From assembly GCA_010909165.1 (NCBI GenBank), contig MU008151.1:744001-808000 (forward strand): a stretch of 64,000 nucleotides of DNA. The letters run 5' to 3'. How positions within the stretch are numbered: the first letter of the stretch is position 1; every line of letters starts with the position of its first letter. The notes beneath the pieces are model-generated. The model saw only the letters and a program-made list of their open reading frames with translations. It ran no database searches and was not told where the DNA came from. Origin of the DNA: Anthoceros angustus (Eukaryota; Plantae; Anthocerotophyta). A program made the translations under genes and the position numbers. This document shows positions 50,624-60,643 of this stretch, piece by piece.

Positions 50624-52929
50624 GCTTCACTTGATGGCTTCTGAATTTGAAGTCCGTTGGTCAAGAACGGGCTCAGGCTTGGTGAGTCTGGGGTGAAGAC
50701 GTGAGGATTTGAAAAGTTTTGAGTCTAGGACTAGGCTGAGGCAATGTACACTACCTTGCATAGTTTAAGTTTGCCAGGGAACACGTTTGCACCATGTGCA
50801 TTGTGTTCTGTCTTGCGGTACTTAGCAGGATAATTCTTGCCGTCTTCTCATTCTTCAGGGTACCAATTGTACCTGACGTGCATCCAGATAGGAAGGTAGA
50901 CACAACCACGAGATGCTGGTATCATGCGTCTCCGCTTGTGAAAGATTCTATAATTGCAAGATCTCGTGTTTCGTTGCATACCATTTCGCTGAAAGCTCAG
51001 GATTTTCGGTTTCATGAGAAAGCATGATCCCGCATTGTATGCCTACTTATCTACCCAATGAGACACGTACTCAGATGACCGCAGGCAGAGTATAGTGTAT
51101 AGTCGTACTCAGAGTATAGTGTATAGTCGTACTCAGATGACCTCAGGACGAGTATAGTCTCTTCCTGTTGGGATGATACGATGTGTAACATACATAGGGG
51201 AATCAGAACCCTTGCTGAAGATTTCTCCCCCGGGGGTTGTTTTGATTTATTTTCAAAATATCAAATTAAAAAAAAAATCTACCCAATGAGAGTATCTAAC
51301 CATGTGTGCTGTTTACGTCCGTTTTCGACGTCCGTCACTGTGGCCTGTTCGTACACAACACACAACAAAACACGGGCGTGTTTATGAACCCGTTGTTACT
51401 TTGTTGGGCGTTATTTTTACAGCAATACAATACAAAGTAATTTTATTCTATTTTATTATTTTTATAAGTTTCTCATTTTTCATTACGATCTACGATTTTA
51501 AGAACTTCTTCCGTATTGAGATACCGTTGTGGAATATGCTTTGCCAACCCAGAGCCACCCAACATTTGACTATGAATTTTATAAGAACTTGTGTTTATGT
51601 GTAAGGAAATTTTAACCTTTATTAGCTGAAGAGAAAGGATGTAAAAATAGAAAAGACGTAGCAACTAACAAGCGCTTTTTAAAGACCTATTATTTGTACT
51701 GTGGTTTATTAGGTTATTATCTATATATAATATAATTTAATTTAGATCTTTGATGTTCTTATTTATGAGTAGGTAGTGAGTGCAGGTACGGTTTACTTTC
51801 AACTTCACTTGTAAGTTTTTAACATAATGGGCTGATATTATCTTACTGCCTCCTTGCTACATCATGTTGGCTATTTGGGATGGAGTGTGTTTGCATAAAT
51901 TGTCGGTTCATAAAATTTACCTTATAAATTAGAACTTTACATATTTTTACCTATGTGAGATTTTGATTTGCATTCCATTTTTTTTTCTAGAATGCTCTAC
52001 AATACTGGATATTCTCGAAAAGAACCTTTTAAGGTATCAAATATTCTTAAAGAAAATTTCGCCTATATGGAATATCATCGAAGAAGGTTTCTCTACACTT
52101 GTGTAATCTCTATGTCAATCTTGAAGAAGGTTTCTTTGCAAATGTGTATTTTCTGTATCAATCCTATTTTACGGTACCATCAAAAGTGACGAAGAAAACA
52201 ATTTTGTTCACAATGGATTTTGATGTAGTCAAGTATTGACACCTCTCATTTGACGTATAACATGAAGTTTTAAAATACTATTAGTTTCGTATTTGAATTG
52301 GTTTACTGCATAGTACATGAATATAGAACGATGTACAGGAATATAGAACGATACTGCTCTATATCGATATGTACACAGATAAATATGAATAGGGCACTTG
52401 ACTCCTGCCGGTGTTAGGAATCATAATGAATACCTTTTATTGAGATTTATACATATTTTAATCTTCATATGTGCAAGTGTGGTCGAAGACAAGAACGTCT
52501 CTCTCAAGCATTAGTGGGCCTTTCAATGCTTGATTGGTCTTCTATGCTTGATCGGTTTTCAAATAGGGTGCCTAGAGGAAGTGGATACCCCGGGTGAAAA
52601 TTCTTCCTTAATATAAAATTCTTCTTCTTCCGTTATTATTTCTTTCGACGTCAAGGTGTCATAAGCCGTAGAGTTTCAACAAACATACATATCTCATCCG
52701 TGTGCAAATTCGAATTGCAAGCAAGTCTAGCATGGTGGAACGATTGTGAGGCGTTTGTCAACTACAAGAACTACGTATGTACCTAAATACTTAAAACAAG
52801 GCAAGAGAAAAAAAATAGTACTTACACGCAGACAATAAAAATTGCTCAGGAGGTGACGGGCTCGGCACTTTGGTTTGGCAGTGGCCGGGCCGTGGAAGGT
52901 TTTTGGCGAGCCGTCTTCCACTGTGCGCC

Positions 52930-55900
52930 ATGGATGCGTTCAGGAAGCAGCTGGATGCGTTAATGGGAGCAAATCGAAACGGGGACGTGCGAGAGGTGAA
53001 GCGGAAATACTACGACCGTGATGTCTGTCGCCTCTACCTCACCGGCCTATGTCCGCATGACCTCTTTCAGCTCACGGTGCCTCACCTACTCCTGAAAATG
53101 CTGCCTCACTTTCATCAACTTCTCTACTTCGTTCCGTGAAGCCGATTTGCGCAAAACATCGGTTTGACTTGTGGATTGTGGTTAGACGTACGTCCTGGAG
53201 TCTCCAGTAGTGCTGTGCTAGGTCTTACCGACTTTCGTCTTTTATGGACTTTGGTACCCGCTTCGGTGTTTTCAGCCCGCATAGAAATCGACTTGGTCGG
53301 AGCTGCAGCTGTTACCTGTTTCTGCGTTCTGGAAAATTGGGATCATTGGGGTCTTTCTATGCTTAGCAGCTCTGACGTTCCTTTTTGTGTGCTGCAGAAG
53401 ATGGATTTAGGTCCCTGCTCCAAGTTTCACTCATTGCAACTTAGGAAAGAGTATCCTTCTTGGGTAGCCTGTTTTTGCTTGTCTTTGTCGTCAGGTTTGG
53501 AATCGAGCTGTGGATGTTGTGCCTCTCCTTAACGCTTATTAGGTATGAGGAAGCAAAAGCAAAAGGAAAGGATTGCTATGATAGAGAGCTGGAAGATTGC
53601 TTGGAGAAGCATGTTGTGGAATGCGACAGGAAGATTGCAAGAGCTCTTAAGCGGCTCGAGGATGATGATGTTGGAGCGGCCACAGCCATTGCCGTATCAG
53701 AAGTGACGAAGGTGTCTGCTGGCATCTCTTTTTGCAGTAATGAAAATCCTTAGTGGAGTAACAAGTTTTGTCATTTTGAGTCATTGTGAGAATAGTGGTC
53801 CTGCTTGGATAAGACTGACTTTTATAAAATTACCAGTCTACCGAAGCCAGTGAGTATACAAGGCAGATCAAGGAGAAGTTGAAAGAAGCTGAATATCTTG
53901 GTAGGCATCTGGCGATAAATAACTTTTCTCGTACATATTGTGGTGACTTTGGTTTGCTAGGATAGTGTCAGCTGTGATTCAGCTTTGGGTTAGTTGCACT
54001 TACTGGATGACTTGATTTGCAGATCTGGAAGGGAAGACAGATGAGAAAATTAGGATACTGGAGACCGTTGAGGAACTTAGAGCCAAGCGTGCTGATCGGC
54101 AGGTGTGTATGCAGTCGTATGTATGACCTTTGATACAGTTCTAGTGTTCTTCTGTTTTGCTAAGTTGGCTCTGGTGCAGGCTATGTCCCTGCTGGAGGCC
54201 TTCAACAAAGACAGGGCCATGGCCCCTCAACCACTTCCCAATCCACCTCCTCTAGCACCATTGCCAACGCTGGGGACTTTGGCACCCGACCCTAGAACAC
54301 AGGAGCTAATCAGGCAGAAGCTTAAAATTGCTGAGGAGCTTGGTATGTCCTCTAGGACGTGTCCTCTGCATTCAAGGATGTCTTTGGGATCATGGTCATG
54401 TACCTTGTCCTGCCTAGTTGTCCTTCTCAGTGTATCTTGATGGTTGTTGGAATATCTGTGTCATTGACCTCAGGTGAGCAAGGACGAGTGGATGAGGCAC
54501 AAAAGGCCATGGAGGAGGCCGAAGCTCTCAGGAAGGTATTCCTCCCGAGGCCCGTGATGTGATGGATGAGTTGTCTTCCCGGACCATTTATGTCTTAGGG
54601 TTACTTATTGAGACTGTGGGGTGCAATTGCCTGCAGCTTGGTTCGAGACTTGAACAAGGAACAGATCCCTTGAAGACGGCTGCGCAGGATGTTCGTGTGG
54701 TAAGTTACCATGTGGTCAATCGTTTGTTTGCTAGGGAGGAAGATCAGAAGTTGCTTGCTTGCATTCTCAATATCAAGAAGTCATTGAAGACTTGGCTAGA
54801 TTCTTGACTCCTTTGGGAACTGAAGGTGCAGGCTGATCAGAAGCTTCGTGTCTGTGACATCTGTGGAGCGTTTCTAAGCATATACGATAGGTATGTAGTT
54901 ACACCTCTAGAGTCTTCACTCACTTGGTTGGTGGCTGCACCCCTTAATTGCCAATGTTGGTGTTTGGCAGAAGGAAAGTCTTGGGTCTTGGAGATGGCAT
55001 TCCACACTTGTTGACTGTATGTATTTTGCTTCTCCAAGTTTGATTCAGTATTGTGCCACTTATTTCAGGATCAGCTTTTCGCTATTATTGCGGCAAGTTG
55101 AAGTGCAAATAGTGTCTGTCTGGCATTGTGATATATTGCTGTGTCAAAGGAATTTTGTTTCCAGCTGCACTTCGTGGGGTGTGTCTAATCTCTGCCTGAG
55201 AATGCATGGCATTGTCAAAATGCTCACGACTAGTCTGTGATACTAAGATAAAGGAACCATGATGGCATTTTCAACAGTGATCGCCGGCTGGCTGATCATT
55301 TTGGCGGAAAACTTCATCTTGGGTACATGCAAATACGGGAGAAGCTAATGGATCTGAGGGTAAGTTAATTTTCTGGCCATGGCCTTTCGCTGTCAGTTTG
55401 GTGGAACAAGCAGTGTGTTGGGTGACATGCAGTCACAGTCGGCATAGGCTGCAACCTGTTTAATCGTTTGTGTTCGTCTTCCCTCATGTAGGAGGAGAGG
55501 ATCAAGCAGTTGAAAGAACGGGATGGAGAGGATGAGAAGTAAGTGTCTGGATCCTAACCCGAGTGTATGTGCTTTGAGTGATGTACTGATACTGATGCTA
55601 TCTAGTCAGCAGTTCTGTATTGGTGGCCTACGTCTCAGCGTCTGTATATCCTTTGTATTTATATATGTCCAGGTCACGAGGACGCTCTGGTACAGAATCA
55701 ACTGAAACCACTAAAGAGCCAGAGCGGCACTGGGGAAAGGATAGAGAACAGGAAAGGGATAGACAAGGTGACAGAAGTCACGATGGCGAGCATCAAAACA
55801 GGGATCGAGACCGTGACCTCAGACGGGGTCACAAGTTCGTGGGCAAAGACAGGGATAGGAAAAGGAGAAGGGAGAGAGAAGATGAAGTGTACAGGCACGG

Positions 55901-56021
55901 AGACAGGAGGCATGGAGATCAGGTATCTGGGAATCGCTTTCACAAATCTGGAGGTCACAGGGACCGGGATCGGGACCGGGACTGGAATCGTCATGGGGAT
56001 AGGGACAGGGAGAGACCTTAA
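52930..56021 (+). CDS. LUC7: LUC7 U1 snRNP-associated splicing factor (LUC7A/B-type), multi-exon, RD/RE-rich tail
   Basis: MDAFRKQLDALMGANRNGDV..RKYYDRDVCRLYLTGLCPHDLFQLT, second zinc finger DQKLRVCDICGAFLS..DSDRRLADHFGGKLHLGY. Confidence 0.95.
53451..53542 (+). other. U12-type (minor spliceosome) GT-AG intron in LUC7
   Basis: 5' splice site GTATCCTT, branch point TCCTTAAC at 53526-53533 ending 9 nt before the 3' end; removal restores LRKE-YEEAKAKG. Confidence 0.9.
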
Positions 56022-56954
56022 CACGTGAAGGGGGAGTTGATGGGCATCTCGGGCTCTACCAGTAAGGGACAGCTGGGATTTGTTTGAATCACGCCTCCCA
56101 CAGTCGTGGTTGGCTGCTTTTGAGATCTCAACGAGGGCTGGACGGGTACGATGTCGAGGGATGTGGAAAGAATTTTTGAACAGGACTTACTTGTACATGT
56201 GCACTCAGAAACATCGTCCATGAAAATGACAAGATTTGAGAATATGTATACGAGTCGGGCATTTAGTTTTCTTATTGATTGGGCGAAACGAACTGATACT
56301 GAACATGTGATCTGTTTTTCGCCCTTGTTAGGGCTCCACTTCCTTTCTCACTAGCATCTCACACTGCATAGCTTGAGAAATGAATACATCGGCCTGATTA
56401 ATGTTAACAGCGTGGTTTTGGTCCACGGGTTTTTCTTTGTATTCATAATTAACGTACAAGATTTTCCACTGCTCGTATGTCTCTCACTGAAGTTTTGAGG
56501 CATAGGTATTCCGGTAAAATTTTAAATTATCTGGATTTCGGGCAGCAGATAATCTGGGACTCAGATACGGAACTTAAAAAACTCTGTGCACGTAGAATTG
56601 GAATGTAACGAGACGTGGGAATGTAAGATACTCAAACTCAAAGTAACTTAAAAATATAATATACTCAAATATTCACTTTAAAGTATACTCGGAATGAAAG
56701 AAAGTTGGGAACGTTTGATACCAAGGTTAGTAATCGGCTCTTGGCGGTTCTTGGCTTCCTACCAATATATGAACTCGAAATGCTTTTTTGAGAACTCTTT
56801 CAGTCATTTTGCAATGCAATAACGAGACTAAGATGATGAGACCTCTGACCTCATCTTCTATAATTTCATCAACATAGATCAAGACCGTGATCAAAATATT
56901 TGTGCGTCAAATGCAAAAAATCTTTATATATGATATTTAAAATCCCAGTGTTTT

Positions 56955-57068
56955 ATTTTCTTTCTCTTCTCATTCTATCCGTGCCCACACTTCATTTTCT
57001 TTCTCTTCTCATTCTATCCGTGCCCACACTTCATTTTCTTTCTCTTCTCATTCTATCCGTGCCCACAC
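56955..57068. repeat. Perfect 39-bp tandem repeat x3
   Basis: ATTTTCTTTCTCTTCTCATTCTATCCGTGCCCACACTTC. Confidence 0.95.
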
Positions 57069-58166
57069 ATGTGCAGCCCTACAGTATCTGGTAACGAGAG
57101 GCACCACGTTGTAGTCCTTTACTGACTATTGTGTGATACTAAAGGTGTCCAACAGCGAACACGGTCACAGAATTTGATATGAACCACAAATCCCCAAAGC
57201 CCCAAAGCCCATACACCACGTGGGTACCACATCTGCAATAATTGAGCATGCAAATAAAAACCTCAAGTCTTCACAGTATAGTGTTGGTTGTTGGGTCATT
57301 ATGGGATTCCCTGATATGGAGCAAGCTTTGCTAAGAAAGGAACATGACATACACCATATCACTCCACGATGTATACACAACAGGAAAACCCTGTTAAGCA
57401 TAAGTTACAAGAAAAAAATGCAATGGCATAGCGTACTAGATTCTGTTTTTCAATTCTCAAACTCATACACAATCACACCTTTCTGTTTTTCGATACTCAA
57501 ACTCATTGATATACCACCACAGCGAGGGGAAAACTATGGGCGATAAGGTCGACATATGGAATGAGCTCGAAGACGCAGCTGCCAGCAGGAAGCTCAAATC
57601 AACAACAGACCCCGCGGTGCCTAAAAGTTCAATCAGGACTTCTGGCAGAAATGTCAGCAAGACGGCATGTGTTTCCAGCAGAAATGCCAGGAAAACGGCG
57701 TTGGTTTCTAACACAAACGTCAGCAAAAAGGCAGTCGCAAACGAACATGCAACCACAAGGGGTTCCCGTCTCCAGCAGAATCGTCCACTTGTAGCGATCC
57801 AACACCACAAGTTCCACAGAGACTCCTGCATTAAGCGAGCCAGGCGCTCGTGGTGAAAGGGGGCCAAGACCACGACTCAGCGATGCCTCCAAGCTCTGGA
57901 ACTAGAGGCCCCTACCTGAGACACCCCGTGAATGGCCCCACATGACCCCAATCCAGAAACTGAGACAACACCCTAAACGAGCGAGCGGGACAATCCCCAA
58001 CAAACCTTCCCCTCAGACAGTAGCAAACATGGACGAGCACAGAGATAGCACAGAGAAATGCAAACTAACAATCGCAAGAGGACTCCAACCCTCTAGCTTG
58101 GAATTGATGAATTCTACAAAAATTAAGGAGCCCACAACACGTGGTCTTACACATGAGACTGGCATC

Positions 58167-58692
58167 CTAATCATCCTCCTCCACAACCTTGGTTCCCAGG
58201 CTGGAAAACCCGGTCTGCGGCACCTCGGCAGCTGTCACATACGAGTACAGCTCCTCCTTTGCATCCTCGTCGTCGTTGCGCTTCCTGGCGATACGCACAC
58301 GGATTCTAGTAGGGACGTTCCTCACGCCCCGGCTCCAGATGTGCTTGTTCAGCTTCACATCCAGCCTCACGTCGGTAGTCCCCATGGCCTTCTGTGCGAA
58401 CTTCCTGATCTCCTTCACAGCCTTGGGAGCCATCTTCTTGAAAGTGCTGCAAGCCCACGGGATGTCAGCAGAGTCTAAACCCTAAACTAGCACAGCACGG
58501 CCCGGCACAGCGCAGGGCAGGGCAGCGCAACTGAGGTACAAATCACCATCTGCTCCACACACACACATCCTACATAGCGAAGCAATTGTTCCTCGCCACA
58601 GAGACATACCAGCCATGTAGCCGCTTGTGCAAATTGATAGTGTACTCCCGCGTGACAACCTCGTTAGGTCGCTTCTTCCCCTTTTCCACCAT
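58167..58692 (-). CDS. RPL31: 60S ribosomal protein L31 (eL31), 2 exons
   Basis: [17 protein letters not shown]|[40 protein letters not shown]. Confidence 0.97.
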
Positions 58693-58798
58693 GGCGCCAG
58701 CCGCTGAAACACGACACCGGCAAAGAGACCAAGCGCACTGTCAACTCCAGCCGCCTTGAAAAGAGGCCCTCGTAGGCTTCCTCCTTCGTTTTAAGGCC

Positions 58799-58807
58799 AA
58801 ACCCTAA
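58799..58807. promoter_or_regulatory. Telo-box (AAACCCTAA) upstream of RPL31; second copy in its intron (58477-58485)
   Basis: Exact motif, typical of plant ribosomal-protein promoters; lies in the 425-bp divergent RPL31/USE1 gap. Confidence 0.6.
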
Positions 58808-59117
58808 TAAAGATGAAAACCCCCTAGAATTGAGGGACTTGAGAGGCATTTAAATAGGTACGTAGGTAGGTGCCTACCGATATTCCATACCTACAGACCT
58901 ATATATGCAGGTACCTAGGTCTTTGGATATGGCGCGGGGATCATTTCTGAATTAGCGCTTTATAAAAATGAATAACGCAACTTAAGCATTAGGACAGGTT
59001 GGGGAGACTGTCCGGGGGTCACAAAAACGTGGAGGAGCTAAGTTACAGCGCGTATGATGTCAAAGCGACGGAGACCATTCATGTAGAAACAGCCAGGGGG
59101 ATCCGTTTTGTGTGGAA

Positions 59118-60466
59118 ATGGGGGTCAGCAAAGCGGAGGTGAAGCTGCGTCGTCTGCTGGCAGCGTTGTCAGAGCAGACGAACCTAGCGAAATTGAAGCA
59201 TGTGAGGAGAAGTTGTTTGCCATTGGCATCGGACACATCTTGGTCTGCTAATTCTTGCTGACTATCTGGACGGCTGTCTATGCAGTATTTGGCAACTTCG
59301 AGGGAACAGCTACTGATTCTCACGGGAGAGGACGCGGAAAATCTGCCCAGGTGTGTAAGATCGAGTCTGAGATGTTGTCTAAACCTTGGATTGGAGGCAT
59401 TGGCAGTCCTTGAAAGGGTATTTTGGCGCAGAATAACCCCTGCTAAGACAAAGGAGTATTCGGACCGCATTCTAGCATTGGCCGAGAAACTCAACGCAAA
59501 TCCTCCGGTTAGACGTCTTGCTTTGTCTGTATGTGCAGTAAGGAGAGGCACGGGGTGCAGTCCCTACGTTTCGGTATGGTTGATTGCTAAGATGCTTCTG
59601 TTATGCTTGCAGTTGGATGTATGGGACAGCTTGAGACCAGAAGATGATAGTCATTTGAATCTGGCATCCACGGCTGCTGTCACGGCAGCTGGCCCAGACA
59701 TCCAACACCCTGTTCCTCATGCTGCATCTGTGCCCTCTCAGAGTGACCCTGCGTCTCTCAGGCGACGGAACATGTGAGGAGGAAGTGTTAGGCTTTTTGT
59801 GCACTGAGCATATCCGGTTATTTTGCGGGTTGTGCATGTGACAATTTTGTTGCTGCTTGTCTCACGGCTTGTGTCAACAGCGTCAAGGACAAGGACAGCA
59901 AAAAGGAGAGCTCTCATGGAGCTGGAGATGACCAAAAATTGGACTCTGACACACACAAGATCTTGCAGAGACACAGGTGATTCTGCAGCTGCGTGTTGTA
60001 TCCTTTGCGTGTGCCAGCTTTGTTTCACGATTTTCGTTGAGTCAGCCAGCCAGGACTGACTTTGTGCAAGGGTCCTGGTTTTCAGGCAACTTCAGGAGGA
60101 TTTAACAGATGAGATGGTCCTCCTGGCTCGGCAAATCAAGGAAACCAGTCTTATGATGGACCATTCACTGCGTGATACGGAAAAGGTGGCGCCTGTGATT
60201 CCCAAGTTGAACGTTTGTTGGCCTGTGTGAAATTCTGCAGGTCACAATGATCTGCCTTGACACTGATTAAGGTGTCGTTGTCTCATTAGGTTCTGGATTC
60301 GACAGAACGAGCCGTAGAGCACAGTCTTGAAGCAACAAAGCAGGCAAATCTGAAAGCAGGAGAAATCTACTCCAAGAGTTTTGGCACAAATTGTTTAACG
60401 TGCTTAGCTGTGTTTATTATGTGCGGGATGTTCATGTTCATGGTGTTGCTCATTCGCCTGACATGA
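59118..60466 (+). CDS. USE1: USE1 ER Qc-SNARE, multi-exon, C-terminal TM anchor
   Basis: [18 protein letters not shown]|[14 protein letters not shown] helix [36 protein letters not shown], hydrophobic tail [20 protein letters not shown]. Confidence 0.9.
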
Positions 60467-60643
60467 CGAGACGTAGAACATCATGGCTTTTCAGAAAGCC
60501 AATGCATGGCTTTTGTACATTCATCGCCATAAGCTACTGCTTCTGTACTTTTCGCGCGTGTTGCTTGGCCCGTGATCGGAGGGTCGTTCGAATCTGAATT
60601 GCCGCAATCTGCATTCGTGTTGTAAACAATTCTCAGCACAACG

